From an uncultured delta proteobacterium (lineage in GTDB: Bacteria; Desulfobacterota; Binatia; Binatales; Binataceae): DNA of 64,000 bases. The notes beneath the pieces were generated by a model. It ran no database searches. It was not told the DNA's origin and saw only the letters and a list, made by a program, of their open reading frames with translations. The stretch covers positions 352,001-416,000 of the forward strand of contig CAVQEQ010000003.1 in NCBI GenBank assembly GCA_963711565.1. The letters are read 5' to 3'. This document shows positions 20,881 through 30,599 of this stretch, one piece after another; position 1 is the stretch's first letter; each line of letters starts with the position of its first letter. Made by a program: the position numbers and the translations under genes.

Positions 20881-23244
20881 TCATGGTCCGATCCCCGTCA
20901 TGCTGATGTTATGCGGGCTGTCGGGATCGCTGCCGACGCTCACCGCGATGCTCGCGCTCTCCGGCGATCCGCCGCCAGTCGGCATAAACGTCACCGCGAT
21001 CGTGCAACTCGAGTTCGCCGCCACCATCGAGCCGCAGGTACCGCCGTTCAGAGCGAAATCGCTTGCGTTGGAGCCGGTGATGCTCGCACTCACAGACAAC
21101 GAAGACCCCGACAGGTTGGTGACTGTCACGTCCTTGGTCTTCGACGAAGTCCGCGCCGTCAGCGTGCCGAACGCGAGCGTAGCCGCCGGTGTGACCGTTG
21201 CCGGGATCGTCGAGCCAGTGGTGAATCCAACCGTGTACGAATCAAGCGGGTCGGGAGAGTCGGTAACCGTCATTGACGTCGCTTCCGTGCCCAGCGCGGT
21301 CGGTGCGTAGGTAACAATCAGTGTGCAAGTCGACTTGGCCCCGAGGGTCGAAGTGCAGGTGCCGCCCGTGACGCCGAAGTCACCGGCGTTCAGGCCGCTG
21401 AAGGTCGGCGGGAGCGTCAGCGAAACCGCGTTGGTCTGATAATTGTGCACCGTGATCGTCTTGGTCTTGCTGGAGCCAATCTTCACGCTGCCGAAGGCGA
21501 AGCTGGCGGGCGTAACGGCCATAGTGATCGTGCCGGTGCCGGTGAGCGTCACATGCTGCGGGCTGGTGGCGGTGTTGTCTTCGACCGAAAGAGATGCGCT
21601 GCGCGCGCCAAGCGCGTTGGGCCTGAAGCCGATCGCGATGGTGCAGCTGGTCAGCGGCGCGATTCCGCCCGCTAGGCAGGTAGTGGTACCGGTGGAGGCG
21701 AATTCAGGGTCAGACGAGGTCACATGAACGAACAGCGGGTTGGTGTGGCCGGTGTTCCTGACGGTGAGGTTCTTCACGATCTTGTCGCCAACCGGCGAGT
21801 TGCCGAGTGCCAGCGAGGCAGCCACCGAAATCGTGGTCGGAGCGTTGGCGATCTCATACACGGTGCCATTGGCGACAACACCGAAAGAGCCGCCGTCCAG
21901 AGTCGTGCCGTAGAGATTGCCGATCGGATCGATGAGCAGGCTCGCCCAGGGCAGAGAGCCGTCGGTGGTGGCGGGGTTGCCAAAGTTCCAGAGGATTGTC
22001 TCGCCCCAGCTTCCCCCGCCCATCGTAGGCGGAGTCAGCTTGTACGCCGTGCCCCCTACATAAGGTTCATCGCTATAGAGCCCGCCGTATTCGGTGGTGC
22101 CGTAGACATTGCCGTTCGGATCGATCACCACGCCGCCCACCGGGGAAAAGCCGTCCGTGCCGTTGTCCTGAAAATTCCAGAGAACTTGCTCGGTCCACGA
22201 ACCCCCGCCGCTGCCCGGAGGTGACAGCTCGAACGCCGTCCCGACTCCGCTTACGCCGGTTGCAAAATCCGCGGAAGTCCCGCCTAACGCGGTCGTGCCG
22301 TAGATATTGCCCAGCCTATCCATTATCAGGCCGGACACCGGTTGGGCGCCGTCATCGACGCTGCTGGGGCCGTAGGTGTCGCCAAAGTTCCAGAGGACCG
22401 AATAGCCACCGCCCGAAGTGATCTCGAACAACACTCCGCCCGGGTCAGAACTGCCATAGTTGCTCCCGCCGCCCGAAGTCGTGCCGAAGAGATCGCCGCT
22501 GCCATCTCCAATCACGCCGGCATAGGGAAGAAAGCCGTTAAGGCCGGGATTGCCGGCGCCACCTTCAGCGAATTGCATCAGGATTTTCTCGGTCCACCCC
22601 GGACCGCTTGAGGGCGGTGATAGCTCGTACACCGTCCCATCGAAGCCCGGGCCGTCAAACGTCTGACCTTCGAGCGTCGTGCCGAACAGATTGCCGTTCT
22701 TATCCATGATCAGGCCGGAAGTGGGCTCATAGCCGTCGGTGACGGCGGGGTTGCCAAAGCTCCAGAGAATCGTCTCGGTCCAAGGTCCCCCACTTATGAT
22801 GGGCGGTGACAGCTCCCACGCGGCGCCAAGATTGTAAGCGCCTCCAGCCTGAGTCGTCCCGTACAGGTTGCCGTGCGAATCCATCACCAGGCCGGATCCC
22901 CAGGTCCAGGGGAGATAGCCGTCGGTGCCGTTGTTGTTGAAGTTCCAGAGGATTGTCTGCGTCCACATTCCGCCGCCGGTCGTCGGCGGTGACAGCTCGT
23001 ACACGACGCCCTCGCTGTGAGTCCCGCCGTTGGGAGCCGTGCCGTAGAAATTACCCTGCCCATCCTCGATCAGGCTGGAATGGGGGTAAGACCCGGTCGC
23101 TCCTGTGCCGCCTGAGTTGAAGTTGAAAAGCACGCTCTCGCTAGGACTTGGGCCGGAGTCGCTGTGAGCGCTTAAGCTCACCATCGCTAGCGTAAGGAGA
23201 AGGCCGAGAATGATCAGCGGGAATGTCGGTTTTGAAAATCGCAA
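20881..23244 (-). CDS. Secreted GloVer-type tandem-repeat (beta-propeller) protein with three ASH/choice-of-anchor-D-like Ig domains
   Basis: Seven D..GNLYGTT..GG....G.V(Y/F)EL repeats; C-terminal repeats with C...LA...SCTI.V.F.P. Confidence 0.85.
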   Translation of the reverse strand: MRFSKPTFPLIILGLLLTLAMVSLSAHSDSGPSPSESVLFNFNSGGTGATGSYPHSSLIEDGQGNFYGTAPNGGTHSEGVVYELSPPTTGGGMWTQTILWNFNNNGTDGYLPWTWGSGLVMDSHGNLYGTTQAGGAYNLGAAWELSPPIISGGPWTETILWSFGNPAVTDGYEPTSGLIMDKNGNLFGTTLEGQTFDGPGFDGTVYELSPPSSGPGWTEKILMQFAEGGAGNPGLNGFLPYAGVIGDGSGDLFGTTSGGGSNYGSSDPGGVLFEITSGGGYSVLWNFGDTYGPSSVDDGAQPVSGLIMDRLGNIYGTTALGGTSADFATGVSGVGTAFELSPPGSGGGSWTEQVLWNFQDNGTDGFSPVGGVVIDPNGNVYGTTEYGGLYSDEPYVGGTAYKLTPPTMGGGSWGETILWNFGNPATTDGSLPWASLLIDPIGNLYGTTLDGGSFGVVANGTVYEIANAPTTISVAASLALGNSPVGDKIVKNLTVRNTGHTNPLFVHVTSSDPEFASTGTTTCLAGGIAPLTSCTIAIGFRPNALGARSASLSVEDNTATSPQHVTLTGTGTITMAVTPASFAFGSVKIGSSKTKTITVHNYQTNAVSLTLPPTFSGLNAGDFGVTGGTCTSTLGAKSTCTLIVTYAPTALGTEATSMTVTDSPDPLDSYTVGFTTGSTIPATVTPAATLAFGTLTARTSSKTKDVTVTNLSGSSLSVSASITGSNASDFALNGGTCGSMVAANSSCTIAVTFMPTGGGSPESASIAVSVGSDPDSPHNISMTGIGP

Positions 23245-23310
23245 GACTAATCGCCTATTTGCCTAACGTGAGTTACTAATGATTCACGAAGCGTTTATAT
23301 CTCTTACTTT

Positions 23311-23356
23311 GACGCTATATTTCGTACTAAAAGTTACTGTTGCGATACTTGACGTA
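23311..23356 (-). promoter_or_regulatory. Degenerate LuxR-type box and -10 for the GloVer-repeat gene
   Basis: Minus-strand TACGTCAAGTATCGCA (12/16 match to TACGTCAATTGACGTA), then TAGCGTC 23 nt later, as in the 32.9 and 34.6 kb promoters. Confidence 0.55.
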
Positions 23357-23412
23357 CGGCTACGGCATTTGACCCAAGCCGGGCAATGGGGAAATGTACC
23401 CCCTACTCCTCA

Positions 23413-24504
23413 ATGACCGAGTGGCGACAATACGAGACGTTGGTGCGTCTGCTTCCGGAGTTGTATTCAGCGCAGACGCTCGAAACCTTGCCGAAGCACG
23501 TAACTGGCCTGCTTCCGCGATTGATGGGGGTCGATTCGTCCGGCTACAACGAAACCAACTTCGCGCGCCGTCGGTTCGAGGCCCTCTCGCATCCTTCAGC
23601 GGAGGCGTGCGGAATTCCCAATGCGCCCGAAACCCTCGCCCGCCTGATGCATCAGCATCCGATGGTCGTGCACAATCGCAACGGCGACCAGCGCGCGCTG
23701 AAGATGTCGGACCTGATTTCGCAACGACGGTTTCATCGGCTTGAGCTGTACGACATGGTCTATCGGCCGACGCGGGTCGAATACCTGATGACCGGGGGAT
23801 TCAAGCTGTCCCGGGCCGGCGACATCGTAACGGTCGGCTTCGGACGCGAAACGAGGGACTTCAGCGAAGACGAGCGGGATTTGCTGAATCTGTTTCTGCC
23901 GCATCTGCGACAGGCCTATGCGAACGCAGACGCGATGACGACGTTCCAGAGCCAACTCGAAGGCCGCCAACAATTTCTCGAAGAGCAGTTGAATACGGCG
24001 GCCGTCGTCGTTCAGGACCTGGCGATCAAACACGCAAGCCGGCTCGCGATCCGATGGCTGTCGAGCTTTTTCCGCGACGATCCAGCTCGCAATGACAAGC
24101 TTCCCGACCGGCTCGAGCGGTGGGTTCGGTTCTGCCAAACCTCGATGGACGGCACGCAGTCCGAGATCAAGCCGTGCTCGCCGTTGACGGTGGAATCAGA
24201 GGAGGCGCGCCTCGAAATCCGGATGCTCAAGACCAGTCGGGACGGCGAGGTCGTTCTGTTGCTGAAGCGCGAGACCACTCGCGATTGTCCGGAGATGCTG
24301 CAGCGACGGCTGGGCCTCGCTCCGCGCGAAGCGGAAGTACTGTTTTGGATATCGAAGGGCAAGACTAGCCGCGAGACCGCCGCGATTTTGTCGATCACGC
24401 GCAAGACCGTGGACCATCACGTCGAACGCATTCATCGGAAGCTCGGCACCGAGACCCGCACCGCGGCCGCCGCAATCGCATGGAACGCGATGCGCGATTC
24501 CTAG
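23413..24504 (+). CDS. LuxR-family HTH transcriptional regulator with an N-terminal sensor domain
   Basis: C-terminal LAPREAEVLFWISKGKTSRETAAILSITRKTVDHHVERIHRKLG; start at 23413 or 23386. Confidence 0.88.
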   Translation: MTEWRQYETLVRLLPELYSAQTLETLPKHVTGLLPRLMGVDSSGYNETNFARRRFEALSHPSAEACGIPNAPETLARLMHQHPMVVHNRNGDQRALKMSDLISQRRFHRLELYDMVYRPTRVEYLMTGGFKLSRAGDIVTVGFGRETRDFSEDERDLLNLFLPHLRQAYANADAMTTFQSQLEGRQQFLEEQLNTAAVVVQDLAIKHASRLAIRWLSSFFRDDPARNDKLPDRLERWVRFCQTSMDGTQSEIKPCSPLTVESEEARLEIRMLKTSRDGEVVLLLKRETTRDCPEMLQRRLGLAPREAEVLFWISKGKTSRETAAILSITRKTVDHHVERIHRKLGTETRTAAAAIAWNAMRDS

Positions 24505-24572
24505 CGTTCTCTTCCTATCGATTTCGTCTCGATTGTTGAACGCGGCGCGGCCTCAGCGAGCCGGGCAGCCGT

Positions 24573-24965
24573 TTATGACTTCGGCTTGCTGGTGTCGCGG
24601 CGGAAGCGGCTGAAGAACATCACGATCACGCCCCACAGCACCATCAGCAGTGCGATCCCGATCACGCCGAGACCGACGCCTGCCAGGATTCCCGTCGCGC
24701 ATAGGACAGCGCCGATCACGAACAGCGGGATTGCGAATGCGATCGGATTGAACGGATCGTTGCGCGCCGCCCGCTCGACCATCGCCGCCGCCTGCTCGGA
24801 CGTGCCCGCATCCTCGTTGCTCTCCTTGAGCAGGCTCACCGCGTAGTCGGTGAGTTCCTGCCGATTGGGCATCGCGCGCAGACGGTCGGCGAGCTCTTTG
24901 GCAAGCTCCTCGACGCGTTCGTCGTTGGACTGGGACTCAGAGTCGGGTTTGTTGGATTCAGCCAC
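24573..24965 (-). CDS. Hypothetical membrane protein (two C-terminal TM helices)
   Basis: ORF with an acidic N-terminus and a hydrophobic hairpin. Confidence 0.65.
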   Translation of the reverse strand: MAESNKPDSESQSNDERVEELAKELADRLRAMPNRQELTDYAVSLLKESNEDAGTSEQAAAMVERAARNDPFNPIAFAIPLFVIGAVLCATGILAGVGLGVIGIALLMVLWGVIVMFFSRFRRDTSKPKS

Positions 24966-25145
24966 GCTGCGCTTGGGGTTTCTTCTCGATCGCAGTTAAC
25001 ACCTATCGGACATGAGATCGAATTGTCAACGAAGCGGCAAGCTCACGCGTTCTCACGGCAGGCTCGGCCGACGCAAGCCGGCTCTCATTTTGAAATTTAC
25101 GATTCGCTCTTGTTGGTCTCGTTCCACTTCGGACAGAGTGTATGC

Positions 25146-26282
25146 ATGCGCATCAATATTCTTCTTCTTTCAGTCGCGATCGCCCTGTTGCCGCGGATCG
25201 CGACGGCTCAAGACAGCTGCGGCACGCCCAGCGCCGGCAGCGATCATTGGCCCGTGGCGAATAGTGACAGCGTGGGAATCTCGAGTACGACGCTCTGCCC
25301 GATGGTAAAGTGGCTGAACGACTGGAAGGAAGGCAATGTTCATTCCGTTTTGGTTGTCCGTCACGGCAAGCTCGTGTTCGAGCACTACTTCACGGGCATC
25401 GACGAGAAGCTGGGCAACCCCCTCGGCGAAGTAACGTTCGGCCCCGAAACCCGGCACGACGCGCGCTCGATGACCAAGAGCGTTACCGACTTGCTGGTCG
25501 GGATAGCCATCGATCGCGGCTGGATCAAAAGCATAGACGCGAGCGTGTTCTCTTTCTTTCCTCAATATGCGGATCTTCGTACGCCGGAGAAGGATCGGAT
25601 CACGCTACGCCATCTGCTGACGATGTCTTCCGGATTGGAGTGGCACGAGTTCGATACTCCCTATACCAGTGACGCCAACAGCGAGAATCAGATGGACAAC
25701 GCCAAAGATCCCTACCGCTATGCACTTCAGCAGCCGGTCGTGGCGCCGCCGGGGCGCGTGTGGAACTACAATTCGGGATCAACAGAATTGCTCGGCGCGA
25801 TTCTCCGCAAAGCGACCGGCAAGCCGCTCGATCAATTGGCTCGGTCGCTACTCTTCGAGCCACTCGGGATAACGGACGTTGAGTGGTACAAATATGCGCA
25901 AGGTAATCCCAGCGCCGCGGCCGGCCTTCGTCTGCGGCCGCGGGATCTCGCGAAAATCGGCCAACTTGTATTACAGCGCGGCGCCTGGAACGGCAAGCAA
26001 ATCGTCTCCGCGGGATGGATCGACGCGTCAACCACGCCTCAAATCAATGGTTTCCTGGTCTTCTTCTACGGCTACCAATTCTGGCTCGGCCGTTCGCTCG
26101 TCGATAGGCATCCCGTGGATTGGGCGGCCGCATGGGGACTAGGAGGACAGCGCGTGTTTATCATTCCCGATCTTGATCTTGTCGTCGTGGTGACGGCCGG
26201 CCTTTACCGAAGCGACATCCAGGCCCAGGTGCCTCTCAAGATCCTCAACCAGTACGTGTTGAGCGCTGTCCAGACGCGCTAG
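25146..26282 (+). CDS. Serine hydrolase, beta-lactamase class C/NylB-like family, secreted
   Basis: SMTK (SxxK), LLTMSSG, WNYNSG, GLGGQ; signal peptide from MRINILL. Confidence 0.88.
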   Translation: MRINILLLSVAIALLPRIATAQDSCGTPSAGSDHWPVANSDSVGISSTTLCPMVKWLNDWKEGNVHSVLVVRHGKLVFEHYFTGIDEKLGNPLGEVTFGPETRHDARSMTKSVTDLLVGIAIDRGWIKSIDASVFSFFPQYADLRTPEKDRITLRHLLTMSSGLEWHEFDTPYTSDANSENQMDNAKDPYRYALQQPVVAPPGRVWNYNSGSTELLGAILRKATGKPLDQLARSLLFEPLGITDVEWYKYAQGNPSAAAGLRLRPRDLAKIGQLVLQRGAWNGKQIVSAGWIDASTTPQINGFLVFFYGYQFWLGRSLVDRHPVDWAAAWGLGGQRVFIIPDLDLVVVVTAGLYRSDIQAQVPLKILNQYVLSAVQTR

Positions 26283-26341
26283 GTAGGAGTCAAACAGAGA
26301 TGTAGCCGGAGATGAGAAGCTCGTGACGCCACGGCGGCAAC

Positions 26342-26959
26342 TCAGACGTTTTTGCGCGCGACGATCACCGTGTGCACCGACATCGGGCTGGCCTTTGCGT
26401 TGCGCTCGAGCGTGATCGGATGGCCCTTGAGCACATCCCTCTTGCGCAGCTTGGTGGTCCATCCCAGTTGCCGCGCGACCGGATTGAATATCGTATTGAG
26501 AAACGCGACCACCGGGTTGGCGCTCTGGAAATGCGTCGTGATCGCGATCCGCCCGCCCGGCCTACACACCCGCACCATCTCCGACATCATCCGGTACGGA
26601 TCGGGCACCACGGTGAGAACGTGAAATGACGTGACGTAGTCGAAGCTGTTGTCGGGATAGTCGAGGTTCAGCGCGTCGCCCTGCCGCAGCTCGATATGTC
26701 CCCAGCCGTTCTCGGTCACGCGGTTTTTTGCCCGCGCGAGCATGTCGGCCGACGGGTCGATCGCGACGACATGCGCGTACGGCGGATATCCGTCGAGGGC
26801 GATTCCAGTGCCGACGCCGACTTCGAGCACGCGGTTGCCGGGCCTGAGATTCAGGCTCTCGATAACCTCGTGCTCGCGATCGACAAAAACCCGGCCGAAG
26901 AAAAAATCGTAGAATCGCGCCAGATCGGAATAGACGCGGCTCTCATGCGGTTGGGACAT
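26342..26959 (-). CDS. Class I SAM methyltransferase, PmtA-like phospholipid N-methyltransferase
   Basis: VLEVGVGTG motif I, YDFFFGRVF, VVPDP...EMVRVCRPGG. Confidence 0.8.
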   Translation of the reverse strand: MSQPHESRVYSDLARFYDFFFGRVFVDREHEVIESLNLRPGNRVLEVGVGTGIALDGYPPYAHVVAIDPSADMLARAKNRVTENGWGHIELRQGDALNLDYPDNSFDYVTSFHVLTVVPDPYRMMSEMVRVCRPGGRIAITTHFQSANPVVAFLNTIFNPVARQLGWTTKLRKRDVLKGHPITLERNAKASPMSVHTVIVARKNV

Positions 26960-27028
26960 CGAAGAAACTCCCTTGGGTAGGACGCAGCCCAGGAGATCAG
27001 TGCGGGACGGGATCTACGGCGCGCCGGT

Positions 27029-27223
27029 TCAGGCCGCCGCGTTGATTCCCCGCAACTGACGTTTGACAGAAGTTATATCACGTTTGCGAAATCGCCACTG
27101 GCGGCCTTTTTTGAAGGCCGGAATAATATTGCGCCGCGCGAACTCATTCACCGTGTCCGGGCTCAGGTCGAGCATGAACGCGACTTCGCGGGAGTTGAGC
27201 AGTATGTCGTCTTTATCGGCCAT
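27029..27223 (-). CDS. Small excisionase-like (HTH_17) DNA-binding protein
   Basis: LLNSREVAFMLDLSPDTV...IPAFKKGRQWRF. Confidence 0.82.
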   Translation of the reverse strand: MADKDDILLNSREVAFMLDLSPDTVNEFARRNIIPAFKKGRQWRFRKRDITSVKRQLRGINAAA

Positions 27224-27386
27224 GTGAGTCCAACAAGACGCCTTTCAGGGGATTTTGTCGGGACGCGATTTTGTAGTATGCGCCCATCGCCGAAGTCAAG
27301 TTAAGAGCCGCCGAGAACCGAAACTTTGCTCACACCCAGCCAAGTGCTTGAGTTTCAACTGCATCATTCAGCTTCATTAACGCTAA

Positions 27387-29048
27387 TTAAACACTGATAC
27401 GGGTGAGCTTTCTCATCGAAATTCTGTAGTCGTACCAAGCTCTCGTAACTACGATACACGAAAACAATCCGGTCAGCACTCCGACGCATAGAGTGACGGC
27501 AAAGCCCTTCACCGGTCCCGTTCCGAACTGAAACAGGATCAGCCCCGCCGCGAAGGTCGAAATATTCGAGTCGCGAATCGCCGACCACGCGCGTTCGTAG
27601 CCGAGCTTCACCGCCTCGCGCGGCGACTTGCCGTTGCGCAACTCCTCGCGCATGCGCTCGTTCACCAGCACGTTGGCGTCAACCGACATGCCGAGCGTCA
27701 GCACGATCCCGGCGATACCCGGCAACGTGAGCGTCGCGCCGAGCGCGGCCATCACGCAGATCAGGAGCAGGATGTTCAGCGACAACCCGAAGTCCGCGAG
27801 CAGACCGGCGCCGCTGTAGTACAACGCCATGAAGATCAGCACGGCGCCCGCGCCAATCACGAATGACAGCTCGCCCTGGCGAATCGAGTCGCGCCCAAGC
27901 GACGGGCCGACCGTGCGCTCCTCTTCGATTTCGACCGGCGCCGGCAGCGCGCCCGAGCGCAGCACAATCGCGAGATCGTGCGCCTCGTCCATCGAGAAGC
28001 GTCCCGTTATCTGCACGTGACCGCCGGGGATTCGTTCCTTGATGACCGGCGCCGAGTAAACGGTGTTGTCCAGCACGATCGCGAGGCGCCGCCCGACGTT
28101 CTCCGACGTCATCGCGTCGAAGATGTCCGCGCCGCGATTGTCGAGTTCGACGGCGACGTACGGACCCTCGAGCCGCGCGCCGGGACGCACGCGCGCGTCG
28201 GTGACAACGTCCCCCGTCATCAGCACCGGCGATTCGACCAGATACGGCTCGCGACCGCCGGTCTCCGAGGTGCCATACAGGATTTCATCACCCGGCGGCG
28301 GACCATTTTTGATCGCGTCCTGCACGTTATTAGTGTCGTCAACCAGCTTGAATTCGAGCACCGCGGTCTTGCCGATCAGCTCCTTGGCGCGCTCGGGGTC
28401 CTGGATGCCGGGAAGCTGCACCAGGATTTCGTCCTCACCCTCTTTGGCGACGGTAGTTTCGCGCACGCCGAGCTGATCGATTCGATTGCGAATCGTCTCC
28501 AGCGCCTGGTCCATCGCGTTGGATCGAATCGTCTGCAATTCCTGCGGCTTGTACGCCAGCGAATACACCGGACCGATGCTGGACGAGTCGGTGTTGCTCG
28601 ACACGGTCAAATCCGCGAACGATTTATCCACGAGATCGAGGAACGCCGAGCGGTCGGCGCTGGACTTGAGCTTGACGCTCATATTGCCGGAGGCGTCGAT
28701 CGAGACGTCGCCGTCTATCTTGTTGTCCTTGAGCTCTTTCTTGAGGTCGTCGGCGCGGCGACCCAGCTGCGTTTTGACCGCGTCGTCGAGCTTCACCGCC
28801 ATCAGCAGGTGCGTCCCGCCTTGCAAGTCTAGGCCCAGCTGGATTTTGGTCGAGCCGAATCCAGCCTTGAACCAATCGGGCAGATCGATGTTGAGGCTCG
28901 GCAGCAGGATAAGAATCGCCGCGACCACGATCGCGCCGGCGATGTAGATGCGCGTCAGGCCGCTGCCGTTGGTGAAATGCATGTAGAGAAAGGACACGAT
29001 CAGCACGAGCAGAATCAGGATCGGTCCGAAACTTTGCGTCTGGTCCAC
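27387..29048 (-). CDS. secD: Protein translocase subunit SecD
   Basis: LGLDLQGG, IRNRIDQLGV, LRSGALPAP, GMSVDANV, GPVKGFA. Confidence 0.97.
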   Translation of the reverse strand: MDQTQSFGPILILLVLIVSFLYMHFTNGSGLTRIYIAGAIVVAAILILLPSLNIDLPDWFKAGFGSTKIQLGLDLQGGTHLLMAVKLDDAVKTQLGRRADDLKKELKDNKIDGDVSIDASGNMSVKLKSSADRSAFLDLVDKSFADLTVSSNTDSSSIGPVYSLAYKPQELQTIRSNAMDQALETIRNRIDQLGVRETTVAKEGEDEILVQLPGIQDPERAKELIGKTAVLEFKLVDDTNNVQDAIKNGPPPGDEILYGTSETGGREPYLVESPVLMTGDVVTDARVRPGARLEGPYVAVELDNRGADIFDAMTSENVGRRLAIVLDNTVYSAPVIKERIPGGHVQITGRFSMDEAHDLAIVLRSGALPAPVEIEEERTVGPSLGRDSIRQGELSFVIGAGAVLIFMALYYSGAGLLADFGLSLNILLLICVMAALGATLTLPGIAGIVLTLGMSVDANVLVNERMREELRNGKSPREAVKLGYERAWSAIRDSNISTFAAGLILFQFGTGPVKGFAVTLCVGVLTGLFSCIVVTRAWYDYRISMRKLTRISV

Positions 29049-29061
29049 TATGATGAAGCCT

Positions 29062-29421
29062 CTACTTGTCTTCTTTTTTCGCCGTCGCCTTGTAATTCGA
29101 GATCGACGCGACTTGCGAGCGCTCGACCTTCAGCCTGACGTTGGGCGCGACTTCGAGTGTGATCACCTTGTCGCCAACGTCCTGGATCCGCCCGATGATG
29201 CCGCCGGTCGTCACAACCTCGTCGTTACGCTTGAGCCCGCTCAGCATCTTGGCCTGCTCCTGCGCCTTCTTGTTCTGCGGCCGGAAGACCAGGAAGTACA
29301 TGACGGCGACGACCAGCGCCATGATCGGCCCAGGTCCCGTCATCAACTGCTGGACAAACGACGGCGCGTCGGCTGGATTGGCGGCGGCGGCCTGCGCCCA
29401 TGCGGTACCTTCGAACAACAT
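29062..29421 (-). CDS. yajC: Preprotein translocase subunit YajC
   Basis: YFLVFRPQ, DEVVTTGGIIG; lies between tgt and secD. Confidence 0.96.
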   Translation of the reverse strand: MLFEGTAWAQAAAANPADAPSFVQQLMTGPGPIMALVVAVMYFLVFRPQNKKAQEQAKMLSGLKRNDEVVTTGGIIGRIQDVGDKVITLEVAPNVRLKVERSQVASISNYKATAKKEDK

Positions 29422-29471
29422 CAGATAGCGTCCTTACGATCGATCAAGCTTAAGTTTCCCACGAACAAAAG

Positions 29472-30599
29472 TCACTCCGCAGCCGGTTCGGACTCGCGCC
29501 AGCCCGACGATGCGACCATTGCGTACGCCCTGAAATTCCCGGATGCGATAGCATCGCGGGATTCGCGCATCAAGCTCGCGAAGAAGTGAAGATTATGCTC
29601 CGTCAGCGCCCGCGCCGCGAGTATCTCGCCCGACAAATATAGATGACGCAGATAGGCGCGTGAATGGGTCCGGCAGGGGCGGCATTGGCAGGCCGGGTCC
29701 AGCGGCATCGAGTCGCGCGCGTGCGAGGCCTGCTTGATCGAGACGGGGCCGGCGCTGGTGAACGCCATCCCGTTGCGCGCGTTTCGCGTCGGCAGCACGC
29801 AATCGAACATGTCGAAGCCCATCGCAATCGCGGCGAGCAAGTCCGACGGCGTGCCGACGCCCATCAGGTAGCGCGGCTTGTCCGCCGGCATCATCGAGGC
29901 CGACAGCGCCGCCATTTCGAGCATCGCGGCCTTCGGCTCGCCGACTGAAAGTCCGCCGGCCGCGTAGCCGTCGAACTCGATCGAGGTTATCTGCGCCGCA
30001 CTCATTTTGCGCAGATCGTCGAAAATGCTGCCCTGGATAATTCCGAACAGCGCTTGCGTCGCGCTTTTTCGCGCCGCGAGACTGCGCTCGGCCCATCGCG
30101 CGGTGAGCTCGAGCGACTTGAGCGCGCGGCGATGCTCGGCGGGGAATGGCGTGCACTCGTCGAGCGCCATCATGATGTCAGCGCCGAGCTGCTCCTGGAT
30201 GTCGATCGCGCTTTCGGGCGTGAGCATCAAGGGCGCGCCGTCGAGATGAGAGCGAAAACGGATACCCTCTTCATTGATCGAATTGATCTTCGCCAGGCTC
30301 ATCGCCTGGAAGCCGCCGGAATCTGTCAGCACCGCGCCGGGAAATCCCATGAATCGCGCCACGCCGCCCATCTCGCGGATCAGCTCGGCGCCGGGACGAA
30401 TCGCGAGATGGTACGCGTTGGCGAGCACCATCGTGTAGCCCATCGCCCACAACTCATCGGGCGCCATCGCCTTGACCGCGGCGCGGGTGCCGACCGGCAT
30501 GAAGGCGGGCGTCGCGATCGCACCGTGGGGAGTTACGATTTGTCCGGTGCGCGCGTCGCCGTCAACGGCATTGACGCTGAATTCGATCGGCCCGCTCAC
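29472..30599 (-). CDS. tgt: tRNA-guanine transglycosylase
   Basis: TPAFMPVGT, TDSGGFQ, PRYLMGVG, DCVLPTR, Zn site CQCRPC...H. Confidence 0.97.
   Translation of the reverse strand: MSGPIEFSVNAVDGDARTGQIVTPHGAIATPAFMPVGTRAAVKAMAPDELWAMGYTMVLANAYHLAIRPGAELIREMGGVARFMGFPGAVLTDSGGFQAMSLAKINSINEEGIRFRSHLDGAPLMLTPESAIDIQEQLGADIMMALDECTPFPAEHRRALKSLELTARWAERSLAARKSATQALFGIIQGSIFDDLRKMSAAQITSIEFDGYAAGGLSVGEPKAAMLEMAALSASMMPADKPRYLMGVGTPSDLLAAIAMGFDMFDCVLPTRNARNGMAFTSAGPVSIKQASHARDSMPLDPACQCRPCRTHSRAYLRHLYLSGEILAARALTEHNLHFFASLMRESRDAIASGNFRAYAMVASSGWRESEPAAE

Noticed and set aside
25146-26282. Beta-lactam resistance gene
   Set aside because: Motifs fit the broad NylB/esterase-like serine hydrolase family; there is no KTG triad indicating a true AmpC.
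27029-27223. Prophage or integrative element marked by an excisionase
   Set aside because: No integrase, att-like repeat, tRNA or phage gene nearby.
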